DNA from: Neocallimastix sp. 'constans'
Taxonomy: Eukaryota
DNA: 64,000 nucleotides
Assembly: GCA_050613775.1 (NCBI GenBank)
Contig: JBODTK010000134.1
Location: 1-64,000 of the forward strand
Direction of reading: 5' to 3'
The notes beneath the pieces were generated by a model that saw only the letters and a program-made list of their open reading frames with translations, was not told the DNA's origin and searched no databases. The position numbers were made by a program, and so were the translations under genes. This document shows positions 27,460 through 41,550 of the stretch, one piece after another; within the stretch, counting starts at the first letter, position 1; each line of letters opens with the position of its first letter.

Positions 27460-27958
27460 TATCTGAATAGCATTTCTTATGATTTCCATATAATTCTGAA
27501 TATATAATTTATTACAATAAGGTCATCATATAATTTTTCTCTGAAATTTCTTTCCGTGTCTTTTCATATGGTTTTAAAAGAATTCTCCATAGTAATATTT
27601 AAATTCTATTAATTTTTTTTTTAGAAAATTCATTCATATGAGTTTCTTCTTTTTTTTTTTTTTTTTTCTTTTTTTTAATATCATTATTTTACAATGTTTC
27701 CATTCAATTTTAGTTTCTGAACAATATGTTTGGTAATTTTCCCTATCAGAAAAATTAAAATAATTTATCCAATCCAGACATTTAGCAGTTCTTTTAGAAC
27801 AACATTCTTCATGATTACAAAAACATTTTAATATTTGATTTTTATTACAATATATCTCTTTCTATCGATCGATCATCGATTTCATTACGACCGTATAATT
27901 TTTTACAATTACTATATATTATTGATCTTTTATGTCAGATATTAATATGTTCTTTCAT
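27460..27958 (-). pseudogene. Decayed Cys/His-rich (possibly zinc-finger) coding remnant
   Basis: Fragments YCNKNQILKCFCNHEECCSKRTAKCLDW..QTYCSETKIEWKHCK and EFKYYYGEFF*NHMKRHGKKFQRKII**PYCNKLY, with stops and frameshifts. Confidence 0.35.
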
Positions 27959-28569
27959 GTTATTGCTTTATAAATATATTATTATATTACTGTTGACTTT
28001 CTAGTTTTTGTTTTCACTTAATATTTTAATTTTTATTTTTACTTTTTTTTTTAAAAAATATAAAAAAAATAAAAAAAAAAAAAAAAATTATATATATATA
28101 TATTCTTATTTATATACTGTTACTGTTTTTTTTTTTTTTTTTTTTTTTTTGCTTGTTTGTTTGTTTTTTTGTTTCTAAATTTTTTATTTCGCTTTTCTTA
28201 TTTATATTATTATAATAATAATTATTATAATTATTATAATTATTACTATTATTTTTTTATAAAAATCATTTTATTATAATTAATGCATAAATTATATATA
28301 AAAAATTATTAATAATTATATAATACATATTATATAGATTTTGTTTCATAATTCTTAACATTAACATAATTTCTCCACTTTTTTCTTTATGAATTTTAAA
28401 ATGTGGATATCCTTATAGTTAATCTAATGTTACACAAATGAATTTTATAAATCCATAATCTGGAAGCGTATAACATTTAAATTTATTTTTAAAAAAAAAA
28501 ATATTTAATTCATGCCAAATTTAAATTAAATTATATTGAAATTATTAAATATGAAATTATAAAAAATGC

Positions 28570-28690
28570 AAAATAAATAAAAATAAAATAAAATAAAATA
28601 AAAATAAAATAAAATAAAAATAAAATAAAATAAAATAAAAATAAAATAAAATAAAATAAAAATAAAATAAAATAAAATAAAAATAAAAAA
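28570..28690. repeat. (AAAAT)n microsatellite
   Basis: Direct reading. Confidence 0.85.
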
Positions 28691-28996
28691 ATAAAAAAGG
28701 TGAAATAAATAAATATTAAGTATTTATTATTTAGTCATATTAATTACAAAATAATAAAAATTAAAAAATGCAAAATAAAATATTAATTTAATTATATAAA
28801 ATTTATTTAGATAATATCATATTTTATTTTAACTAAATATAAATTCTGATGGTGACATATTAATGTTATTCTTTAATTTTTGATAAAAAAAAAAAGAATA
28901 GAATCTATATTAGAAAATATATTAAATGTATTACTTGCATAATTTTTAATTTAATATATATTTATACTCATATATAAACTATTTTTAATACTTTAT

Positions 28997-29063
<67 letters not shown>

Positions 29064-29494
29064 ATACATACATTAAAAAAAAAAAAAAAAAAAAAAAAGG
29101 AAAAGATAAATTCAAATTATATCAATATTTTCATTATTTTATTATACTTAACTAAATTACGATAAAAAAAAAAAAAAAAGAAAAGAAAAGAAGTGTTGGT
29201 ATTAAGATAATTGTTAAAAATAATACATATTTACAATAGTTAATAATTCAAATATCAAATCAAAAAGAATTTAATAAATCATTATTATTTCAATAATTTT
29301 TAAATTCATATCATATCATTTAAATTGTTTAATATCTTCTTCGTATAATTAGTATAAGTATATCTAACAAATTAAAAAAACTGTTAATTTCCTTCTTTTT
29401 TGTATAATAATCAAAAATAATTAAAATCAATTTTTATGCGTAAACTTCATTAATTATTTTAAATAAAATATTCATAAATTATATAAATAAAAAA

Positions 29495-29703
29495 ATGATA
29501 ATGAAAAAACCATTCATCATAACTTTAATAATTTGTTTTATTAAAATAGTTTTCAGTTATAATAAAACTACCTATATATATAATAGAAAAGAAGCATCTT
29601 TACATGATAGCTCGAATATTAATATTTCAATTAATTAGTAAGTATATAAATATTATATTTATAAAAAAAAAAAACATTTTCTATAATTATATGCAATAGT
29701 ATT

Positions 29704-29752
<49 letters not shown>

Positions 29753-30452
29753 CAATTAAATATTAATAAATATGATAATATATATTAGTAATAAATCAGA
29801 ATCTTATTGTCAAACAATAAATGACTGTGGAAAATATGCCAAAAAATGCTTTATTTTTAATGAAAATGTACAAGCAGATTATGATATTGAAATTAAAAAA
29901 ACTGAAAGTAAAAGAAAAGAAGTTAATTTAAAGGAGGAGGGACGTTGTTACTATCAATTTTTTTGTCATGAAAATGAAGGAGATTGTATATCCATTAATG
30001 AAAATGAAATTAAGGCTTCTTACATGTGTTCTCTAGGTGATAAAACACTTACAGAGCAATATGAATTAATTATTGAGACATGTAATAATAAAGCATCATC
30101 AAATTGTATTACCCATCAATGTAGCTCCAATGACCAATGTTTTTCCAAAAAATGTATCAATAATCAATGTATAACTAATGAAAAAGATTCAATTATTGAA
30201 TGTGTTGTATATCATTCCACTAGAAAAAGTGAAATGCGATGTAAGAAAGCGTTGAATGAATATTGTAATAATCACAATGATTGTTTAACAGATGTTTGTA
30301 AGAATGGTATTTGCCAAGGACCAAGAGATTCATACTTTTTCTTATTTTTAGCAGGTGCATGTCAACTATTTTTATATTCATCATTCTTTATCTTCTGTTG
30401 TTATTCTAAAGGAATATATAAACTATTCCATATTGGTCGTCGTATTAAATAA
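29495..30452 (+). CDS. Cys-rich single-pass membrane/secretory protein (~268 aa, 2 exons)
   Basis: Exon 1 29495-29637 (signal peptide MIMKKPFIITLIICFIKIVFS; alternative ATG at 29501), GTAAGT..TAG intron, exon 2 29789-30452 in frame. Repeated motifs CSSNDQCFSKKCINNQC and CNNHNDCLTDVCKNGIC. C-terminal hydrophobic segment YFFLFLAGACQLFLYSSFFIFCCY and basic tail. Confidence 0.85.
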
Positions 30453-31478
30453 TCTAATAATAAGAAATTTGTATTATAACAAATATCAATATATTATAAT
30501 AATGATTTATAAAAAGAAAATTTAAAAATATATATATATATATATTATTTTGTTATATTTATTCTATATATATATATATATATAGAATAAATATAACAAA
30601 ATAATTTATATAATAATAGTTCATATTTATAAAAATAATGATATTGATATTAATTAATTATAAAATAAAATAAAAATAAAATAAAGTAAAAAGAAATTTA
30701 TATATTAAAAAATTAAAAAAAATAGATTTAATCTACTTAATTCAATGATAGTAGCCCTGGTAAATTTTTAAATAAAAAAAAAAAATAAATAAATAAATTA
30801 ATAAATTAATAAAATAAAATAAAATAATTGTAAAATGAATTACAATATATTTTGATAAGAGTTTTTTTTTTTTTTAATTTGTTATAAAAATATTAATTAT
30901 TTAATCTTAATAATATTAAAGTCTATTTATTTTTATTTTATAATGGTCTAATTATTATAAAAAAAAAAAAAAAAAAAAAAAGAATATTAATATCTGAAAT
31001 AATAATAATTCCTTTTATTGTTAATTATTAATTTTATTTAATCTCTAATTTTAGTAATACATTATAGGATACATATTTTTATTAGTAACTATTTAGTTAT
31101 TTTTATTATTATTTTATTATTATATTATTATAATATTACTAATTATTTTATTATTATTATTATTATTGTAATTATTTTATTATTGTAATTATTACTATGT
31201 TATTATTACTATTGATTTACAATTTTATAATTACTTATTATTAATTTTATTTATTTATTTATTTATTTACTTATTTATTTATTTATTTATTTTTCATTAT
31301 TTGATAATTTATAATATGACAATAATAATAATAATTATTATTATTATTATTATTATTAGTATTTATATTAGTATTATTTTATTTTATTATTATATTTATA
31401 TAAAAAAAAAAATAAAATAAAATAAAATAAAATAAAATACAAAATCATTTTGAAAGAAAAGATAATTATTCATTTATC

Positions 31479-31580
31479 TTAAGATTGTAATGCTTTTAAT
31501 CTTTCTTCTAATGGTTGTTCTTCAGCCACAGCAGAAGTATTAAGACTTTCACCAACACTACCAGCTTCACCCAATAATCC

Positions 31581-31655
<75 letters not shown>

Positions 31656-33383
31656 TATATTATATATATTAAATAATAATAATGAATAATTGATAAAAAA
31701 TTAGTTAATATAAGATATTGCAATTTATAAATTATTATATATTATATTTATTATTTAAAATATTATTTTTAATTTGATTTAACGATATTTAAAAAAATGT
31801 TTTTTTTTTTTTTTTCTCTTACCATTAGTAAGTTCAAATAAGACCTTTTCAACTTCTTCTTCAGCTTCCTCTTCTATACCTTCTTCTTCATTCATTTCAA
31901 GAGTATCAGAAACCATTTCATCAATAATACCAGCCTAGATATATATATATATATATATTTAAAATTTTTTTTTTTTTTTTTTCAAAATAATTCATATTTT
32001 CATTAATAAAAATTTAAATAATTAACTATATATATATATATTCATATGGTGATTCATAATAATTTAATATATAAATATATATATTTACCTTAGTCATTTC
32101 TTTTGAAAATTCCTGCATAGTTTTTGAAATTTCTGGAACCTTAACAAGTTGATTCATACTATGCATAATACCAGTAGTTTCCTTTAAAGTACCGGTAATT
32201 TTAATTGTAGCTTTATATTATATATAAATATTATAATAAAATAACCGGATAATATTATAATTAATTAATTATTCATTTAATTATTATATTTAATACAATT
32301 TATCATATTAAAATTAAATTAAATATGTATATTTATTATATTTTTATTAGGAATGTATATATATATATATATATACTTAATAATTAGTAATTATTAATCA
32401 TTAAATAATTATTTATTATTTATTAAAAACATACAAAGTTGTTGTTGTAAACTCATAAGAATAGAATTAAGTTGAGCCTTAGTTTCATAAAGCTTATTTT
32501 TAGCATTTCTTGAATTTATAATTTCTTTAGCTAATGAAATACAGATTTTCTTATCACCTCTTTTAGCAGCTTGCTTTAAACTAGCCTTAATCTTATTTTC
32601 TTCCATTGTAATACTATTAATTTGTCTATCAATTTGACGTTCTTGAGTTCTAAATTCTCTTCTCCATTTGCGAACCTGTAATTTATTTTTTTTAAAAATA
32701 AAATATATATATATATATATGTATGTATATAAATAATAATAATAATAATAATAATAATATATAATATATATAATTTTTAATTATTAATTATTATTTTATC
32801 ACATAATATTAATTAAAATTCTAATATTTTATTAATAAAATAATTATATAATAATAAAGTAATAAAGTAATAAAATTGAAATTATATATTGATTATTTTT
32901 TTTTTATGTTCAAAGAAGATATTATATAATATAACAACTGTTAAATAACTTTATTATTGTAACATTAAAATTTCAGTAAATAGATTTCAAAGTAATTTGA
33001 TAATAATAATAATAATAATATATATATATATATATAAATTAATCAATGTTTATTGAGTATATTAAAAATCTAAATTTTTTTGAAACAATATTTTATTTAA
33101 AATTATTTTTTTTAAATAAATTTCTAATTCAATATATAATTTCCTCGATTTAATTTTTTTTTTTTTATTATTATTATATTTTATTAAGCAATAAAAATAA
33201 GAACATTTGAATTAAAAACAACATTGATTATATTTTTTCTATTTTGTCTTTTTTTTTTTTTTTTTTTTTGTTTTTTTCTATCCATTACTAGTATTATTTA
33301 TATTATTATTCGAAAATACTTTTCATTGAAAATAAAGATAAAAAGAAGGATTGTCCTTAATTTAGAAATGGTATAAATAATTG

Positions 33384-33424
<41 letters not shown>

Positions 33425-34072
33425 ATACTTTTTAAGTTTATATTATAAAAAATTGTATATATAATTATATATTTGAAAATATATTTGAAAAGAATTAACG
33501 GAATAATTATTAATATTATCAATCACTTTTTTTTTTTCTTTCGAGCTACATTCAATCTTTAAATATTTAATCCTGTATTAATATATTATATAAAAAAAAA
33601 ATTTTTTTAAAAAGTTATGTCTGCTTCTTTGTCACTTATATATAGAGTTTTATTTTTCAATTTTGAATTTTTGTTTATTTTTTACTCAAATTCCCAATGA
33701 AAAGAACAAAAAAAAAATTATTTTTGTTTAAATCCATTATATATATATTGAAATATAAAAAAGCACTTAAAAATTATAATAATAATAATAATAATTATAA
33801 ATCTTTTAATATCATTACCAATTCTTCAGGCTTTTGTTTGCCTATTTTTTATATTGTTTAATTATTATTTTTTCATAATTATTTAAAAGTTTAATTGTTT
33901 ACATAAATAACAGTAATAACAATAATATTATTAAATATATATAATATAAATATAAATGTTTAAAATTAATATATATTTTTATTTTATATTATTTATATTA
34001 TTATTATTATTATTTTTTATTCAACAAAATTTAATTTTAATTACCCATAAGTTTATTAACTTTTTTCATCAT
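31479..34072 (-). CDS. VPS24: ESCRT-III subunit Vps24/CHMP3 (208 aa, 6 exons)
   Basis: Exons 34072-34045, 33841-33819, 32675-32435, 32210-32089, 31934-31823 and 31579-31479, in frame. Protein: MMKKVNKLMGKQKPEELVRKWRREFRTQERQIDRQI..LAKEIINSRNAKNKLYETKAQLNSI..KVPEISKTMQEFSKEMTKAGIIDEMVSDTLE..EAEEEVEKVLFELT..LEERLKALQS (MIM1-type end). Confidence 0.93.
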
Positions 34073-34483
34073 TTTGGTATTATTGTATTATTAATTAATT
34101 ATAATTATAACTAAATATTAAAAAAAAAAGTTATAGGAGTCCTTTGTAAATATATATATATAAGGTTAAAAATAATAAATAAATAAATAAATAAAAGATT
34201 CTTCCAAAAAATTTAGCAGAAAAATTTAATTTTTATTATAGATAATACTATCTAAATAATTATTATTAAAGTATTAAATTTTTAATTTATTAGTCAATAA
34301 AAAAAAAAAAGTATATAATATAATATAATAATATTTTTATAAATCCACAAATAAAAATTAATAATTTGTGTTAATAAAAAATTTTATAAAATAAAGAAAG
34401 TAATAAAACAAGTTTGTTTTGTTTGTTTTATAAAAAAACTTCAAAAATTTAAAACAAAGAAAAATAATATATGAAATAAAGAA

Positions 34484-34551
<68 letters not shown>

Positions 34552-34622
34552 AATACATATAGTGTATAAACAATTGAAATTAAAATAATAAATTTAATTT
34601 AAATATACAATTTTAATAATAA
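34073..34622. promoter_or_regulatory. Putative bidirectional promoter region between divergent VPS24 and ALG2
   Basis: The two ATGs are head-to-head 550 bp apart. The interval contains a 63-nt poly(A) tract (34486-34548). Confidence 0.5.
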
Positions 34623-37600
34623 ATGGAATCAACATCAAAATCATTGAATATAGCATTTGTTCATCCAGATTTAGGTATTGGAGGTGCTGAAAGACTTGTT
34701 GTTGATTCAGCAATGGCATTAAAAAATTCTGGACACCAAATTACTATGTATACTTCACATCATGATAAAACACATTGTTTTAAAGAAACTTTAGGTATCA
34801 TTATCTTTTTTTTTTTTTTTTTTTTTTTTTTTCGTTCATAATGATTTATGATAATTGAATTTTTTTTTTTATTTGACAAATGATATAAAGTAAAAATCAA
34901 ATATAGCCTTAACAGAATGTAAATAATATATCAAATGGATATAACATACTATATGAGAATTTTACAACATTATTGAAACATTTCATATATTTATATTTAA
35001 ATTATATTCAAATTCAGAAATGTGTTTAAATTTTTCTTCTAATTGCATTTTATTTAATTCCAAATTTAAATTCAAATTGAAAATACAAAATTACATAATA
35101 AAATAAAATATTATAAGATAAATAGTTAAAATATTTAAATAATAAAACAATATATTATATCATATCATAATGTTATGAATATAGACTTTATTAATTTTCT
35201 CAATGAAAGATATATTCTGTTAATTATCAAAAACCTACATATATATATATATTCTTTATCTATATTATTACAAGCAGAAAATAATTATAATAATTTATTG
35301 TTTTATACTTATAATAAAAATAATTTAATAATTCAATAATTCAATTCATTATCTAATTTATATATGTATATATATATATATATATTTTTTTTTTTCATTT
35401 TGTTTAATATCAATATAAAGATGACTTAAACGTAGTTGTCCTCGGTGACTTTTTACCACAATCTATTTTTGGCTATGGTCATATTCTTTGTTCAATTTTA
35501 AGAGGTTTTTATCTTTCCATTTATCTTCTTTTTAACAAAAGAAATGATTATGATATTATTTTTGCTGACCAATTAGCTACTTATATACCAATCTTAAAGC
35601 TTACTAAAGCCAAGGTTAATACATTAATAATAATAATAATACCAATAATATAAATATTATATTATAATATTAGAAATGATTATAATAATAATTTATTATA
35701 AATATACTAATAATAATAATAATAATAATATATTTAGATATTATTTTACTGCCATTTCCCAGATAAAAATTTAGCTACAAGAAATTCGGCTATAAAAAAA
35801 CTTTATCGTATTCCATTTGATTGCCTTGAAGAAGTTTCAACTGGTAATATAACAATAATAATAATAATAATAAAAAAAATAAAATAAAATAAAATAAAAT
35901 AAAAATTGAAATAAATAAATTGATAGTAAAAGATAAAATAATTTTATTTTTATATAATATCAAATTAATAAATAAGAAAGAAAATAATTAATTAATTCCT
36001 TATTTTTAATCTATATATCTTTAATTATTTTTAAAAATAAAACAATATAATTATATGATTTTTATATGATAATAATAATATTATTATTAATAATCCAATG
36101 CAAAAAAAAAAAAAAAAAAAAAAAAAGATTTAGCGGATAAAATCCTTGTCAATAGTCAATTTACTCGTTCCATTTTTAAAGAATCATTTAAAAGAATTGA
36201 TATAGTTCCAGATGTTTTATACCCAGGAATTAATACTGAACAATATGAAAAGAAAATTGATGAAACAGATAAAGGACTTGATTTATTAAGAAGGTATATA
36301 TAAATAGTAATAATAATAGCAGTAATAATAAAAGTTAATATTATATAATAATATCATCAATTCTAAATTATAAATGTTCATATATATATTTATCTTATTT
36401 AAATCATATATTATAAATCTTTATTTTCTCAATTATTACCATTATTATTAATTATTAATTATTATTATAATTATTGTTAATTATTAATTATTATTATAAT
36501 TATTATAAATTATTATTATTATTATTATAATTATTATTAATTATTATTATAATAATTATTATTAATTATTATTATTATAATTATTATTAATTATTAATTA
36601 TTATTATAATTATTGTTAATTATTAATTATTATTATAATTATTATAAATTATTATTATTATTATTATAATTATTATTAATTATTATTATAATAATTATTA
36701 TTAATTATTATTATTATAATTATTATTAATTATTAATTATTATTATTATTTATTATTAATTATTATTATTATTATTATTTATTATTAATTATTATTATTA
36801 TTTATTATTAATTATTATTATTATTTATTATTATCATTTATTATGTCATTTATTATTATTGTTAATTATTAATTATTATTAATAATTATTATTAATGATT
36901 AATGATTATATTTATATTAACTTTTAGTGAAAAGATTACTCTTCTCTCAATTAATCGTTTTGAAAGAAAAAAGAATTTGGAATTAACGATTAAAATTTTA
37001 AAAGAATTGAAATCCAAATGTACAGATGATGAATTTAAAAATATTAGATTAGTTATCGCTGGAGGTTATGATCTCATTAATCCTGAAAATGTTGAGTATC
37101 ATAAAGAATTAGAAGAAGTAGCTAAAGTTAATGAATTCACCTATCAAACCATCTGGCCTGAATCCACCAAAAAGAATGAATCTTTAGATAAAGAAGCAAT
37201 TCAAAATGCTAATATTGTTTTCCTTCTTTCTTTCAGTGAAAATCAACGTACCTTCCTTTTACATCATTGTAATTGCCTAATATATACACCAACCAATGAA
37301 CATTTTGGTATTGTTCCTGTGGAATCAATGTATTCCGGTCTTCCAGTAATAGCTATTAACAGTGGTGGACCAAAGGAAAGTATTGTCCATGGTAAAACTG
37401 GATTCCTATGTCCAGAGGATGAAAAAGAACTCGCTGAAGCTGCTTATGTCATTCTTTTCCCAACTCAATCCACCAGTACAAAATATCAAATTGATATGAA
37501 AGCTATGCCATCCTATGCTAAAGAATATGTCATTAATAAATTTGGTTTTGAACAGTTTAAAAAGTCATTGAACGCTATTGTCACAGAATTATATGAAGAA

Positions 37601-37645
37601 GGTCAAAAAAAGAAACAAGAAAAAGAAAATAAAAAAGAACTTTAA
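34623..37645 (+). CDS. ALG2: Alpha-1,3/1,6-mannosyltransferase Alg2 (GT4; 451 aa, 5 exons)
   Basis: Exons 34623-34794, 35421-35614, 35738-35843, 36128-36293 and 36928-37645, in frame. Motifs [49 protein letters not shown] and EHFGIVPVE (EX7E). The C-terminus is KKEL. Confidence 0.96.
36440..36895. repeat. ATT/AATT-based minisatellite inside ALG2 intron 4
   Basis: Repetitive ATTATTATAATTATT blocks with an internally duplicated larger unit. Confidence 0.85.
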
Positions 37646-38459
37646 ATATAAAATTAAAAATAAAAAATAAAAATAAAAATAAAAATAAAAATATATATAA
37701 GTAGAAATAAAATAATAAAAAACAGAAAAATATTTATAAAATAAATAAATAAAATAAAATAAAATTTAAAAGAAATGAAAATAAATAAAATGAAAATAAA
37801 TGAAAATAAATTAATAAAAAAAAAAAATAAAAAAAAAAAAAAAAATAATAAAAAAATAAAAAAAAATAAATCGAAATTAAAATTTTAAATATATTAGAAT
37901 AATTAATATTTATACCTATCTAAAATAAAAAAAAAAAAAAAGTTAAGTATTAAAAAGTATTGAAATTTACTTATAAATAAAAATATAACAAGGAAAAAAT
38001 ATTTTTTAAAGTGTCATTGATAAAAAATTTTAATAAAAAAAATATATATATATATATATTTATGACAATTATTCAAATAGCATTTTTTATTTTATTGTAG
38101 TTTATTAAATATTTAATTTTCAAATTTTAATAGTTTTATTATTATTTATATAGTTCTTTGTATATATATATATATATTCTTTAAGTATATATTTCATATT
38201 TTATATATTACAAGAATTTGTTATATATATATATATAATATATTACAAGGGTATATTAATTTATAAAAACTAAAAAAGGAAATATATACAAAAATCTTTT
38301 AAAGAACTTTCTTATATATAAAAATAAAAATAATGATGTTAAATATTATTTTAAAGTATAATTATATATTCATATTACAAACGAATAATATATAATATAT
38401 ATTTCTTTTTTGTTATTTAAAATGGTCTAAATGTAATAAGACTAAAATATTTATAAGTA

Positions 38460-38493
<34 letters not shown>

Positions 38494-38616
38494 ATTATAT
38501 ATTATAATTACTACATTTGAAAAACAAATGAGTAAATGATTTCATTTTAAAATATGGCATACAATATTTAATGTAGTTAAATATTATATAATATATTTAA
38601 TAGAAAAAAAATTTTT

Positions 38617-38657
<41 letters not shown>

Positions 38658-38834
38658 AAAATAATAGTGCAGTTATTTATATAGTATAATATAATTATAA
38701 GCTAATTTGATAATGTAATTAAAATATTATAAATTTTTTTTTATTATTTATTTGTTTTTTGTCGTGTTTTTATTATTTATTATTATTATTATTTATAATC
38801 ATAATAAGTTATCCTTTTTTTTCATTACTATCAT

Positions 38835-39284
38835 TCATTGTAAATTGCCATTCAATGAATCACCTTCTTTTGTTAATATTTTTAACAACGTTTGTGAACT
38901 TTCCAGTATCTATAAATATATATGTATATATATTTATATAAAGTATTTTTTTTTTTTTTTTTTTTTTAACAATTATTAATTGCAATTATATGTAAATAAA
39001 TAATAACTATATAAATATTAAATTAAATTTACTTTTGCATATGCATTCTCCGTTTGTTGAATGAGTTGATCGTATTCCATTTTTGACTTTTTCTTTTTAT
39101 TTAAAGAATTTTGTAAGGTATCAAGTTTAGAAGATAAATTGGATATTTCTACTTCAATTTTTCTTTTAGATTCTTCTTCTTTTAAAATCTGTTGATAAAG
39201 GTCTTCTCTTTGTTTTTTTAATTTTTCTAAACCTGTACATAGGTATAAACATTTTTATTATTTAAAGAATGTAATTACAAATAA

Positions 39285-39321
<37 letters not shown>

Positions 39322-39383
39322 AAATTATTAATTTCATACTCTTTTTTTTTTTTTTTTACATAATATTTTTATATTTTAATTTC

Positions 39384-39433
<50 letters not shown>

Positions 39434-39525
39434 TTTTTTTTCTCTATAGCTATTTGACGTTTTGTATACCTACACAGTATAATATCAGTATTATAATTTT
39501 GTAATAACGCCCCTTGACTTGACAT
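38835..39525 (-). CDS. SSNA1: SSNA1/DIP13/NA14 family centriolar-flagellar coiled-coil protein (108 aa, 3 exons)
   Basis: Exons 39525-39474, 39232-39033 and 38909-38835. Protein: MSSQGALLQNYNTDIILCLEKLKKQREDLYQQILKEEESKRKIEVEISNLSSKLDTLQNSLNKKKKSKMEYDQLIQQTENAYAKILESSQTLLKILTKEGDSLNGNLQ. Hallmark motifs are QGAxLQNYN and TExAYxKILESSQTLL. Confidence 0.92.
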
Positions 39526-39847
39526 GTTTTATATATTTAATATTATTTTTTTTTTAAACTTTTTCTTTTTCTCTCTATAAATACTAATTTCTTTGGTTCT
39601 TTTACCACAAAAAAAATTTACAATTATTTATATAAAACAAGAATAAAAAAAAAAATTTGTTTATTTATTTAGAAAATAATTATATTAAAAAAATATAATA
39701 TATATATATCTTTAATAAATATTAATTTTTATTTTTATTTGTTTAATTTTTTTTTTTCTTTTTTTGTTTTTTTTTTTTTGTTTTTATTTTTATGTTGTTT
39801 ATAAATTAATTAAAATCAACTTTTTTTAATTTTATAAATTTTATATA

Positions 39848-40385
39848 GTTATTTATTTATTTACTTATTTATTATTTATTTATTTATTTATTTATTTACT
39901 TATTTATTTATTTATTACTTTTAATTTATTAATATTTATTATTTATTTACTCTTTTATTTATTATTAATTAATTATTTAAAATTATTTATTTATTTATTT
40001 ATTTATTATTTATTTATTATTTATTATTTATTATTTATTTATTTATTTATTACTTTTAATTTATTAATATTTATTATTTATTTACTCTTTTATTTATTAT
40101 TTATTATTTATTATTTAATTATTTATTATTTATTATTTATTATTTATTATTTATTATTTATTATTTATTATTTATTATTTATTTATTTATTATTTACTAT
40201 TCAATTATTTATTATTTAATAATTTATTATTTTATTATTTATTATTTATTATTTATTATTTATTATTTATTATTTATTATTTATTATTTATTATTTATTA
40301 TTTATTATTTAATTATTATTTATTATTTATTATTTATTATTTATTATTTATTTATTTATTATTTATTAATTATTATTTATTTATT
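39848..40385. repeat. (TTATTTA)n heptamer-based minisatellite
   Basis: Direct reading; includes a duplicated TACTTTTAATTTATTAATATTTATTATTTATTTACTCTTTT block. Confidence 0.85.
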
Positions 40386-41373
40386 TTGGTGGTATTATTT
40401 TTATGTTTCATGAAGTATATTATTTATTATTTTATTTATTTATTATATATATTTGATACATTATAAAAAAATTTATATTAAAAAAAAAAAAAAAAAAAAC
40501 TTTTAAAATTTTTTAAAAAAATAATTTTTATATTTATATAAGATTATTTTTTTTTCAATAATATCATTTCCTTTTATGAAAGGATTGTGTAACGTTTTTT
40601 TTTTTTTAAATGAAAAAAAAAAAAAAAATGAAATAATTAAAATTAATAAATAAATAAAAATAAAAAATTTTATATAAAAATTAGTATAAAATATTAAGAG
40701 GTTTAAAATAGGTTAAGCTTACATATATAACAATAAATGTATTAGATTAATTGTATAGTAATTATACAGGGAGTGTTGCTTTTAGCAATGAGGTTTTATA
40801 TTAATTGTGGCATCCTTTATTTTTTCATTTTTATAATGTGGTGAAATATCTATTATTATTATCTAAAATAACAAATATGTATTATAAAATTTTTATTTTT
40901 TATTTTTAATTTTTTATTTTTTATTTTTTATTTTTAATTTTTTATTTTTTATTTATTTATATTTGTTTATAAGAAAAAAAATTTTTTATAGTATTAAATT
41001 TAATCATCAAATAGTCACATTACAAAATTCAACACATTCTAATTATACATGCATTTTTATTTTTATTTACTTTTTATTAATAAAAAAAAATTATAATTCA
41101 TAAAAATATATATTATGAATTATGAATATATTATGATTATTTTTTTCTTTAAAAAAAAAAAATAAGAATAACAATAATAATAATAACAATTAATAATATA
41201 TTTTGTAGATTTAATGTTAACATAAATGTAAATTTTTATAATGAAATAAAAAACTTTATATGTATATTTATATATATATATATATTTTTTACCACTTTTT
41301 TTTAATAATATAACATGTTATTTATATAAATTTATATAATATCTACAATCTATATTTATGTTGTATAGATAAG

Positions 41374-41405
<32 letters not shown>

Positions 41406-41550
41406 TTTTGTTTAAATAAAATCTCTTCCTCTAACTCGTTTTTAATTTAATATCTTTTTGTTGTTGTTATTGTTTCGTTTTTTTTTTTTGTTTGTTTGTT
41501 TGTTTGTTTGTTTTATTTTGTTGTGTTTATTCTATTTGTTTGTTTAGAAA

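Noticed and set aside
40765..40820. GC-richer island GGGAGTGTTGCTTTTAGCAATGAGG..GGCATCCT as a tRNA or snoRNA
   Set aside because: No T-arm (GTTCRA), no cloverleaf and no clear C/D or H/ACA boxes; cannot be supported without an Rfam scan.
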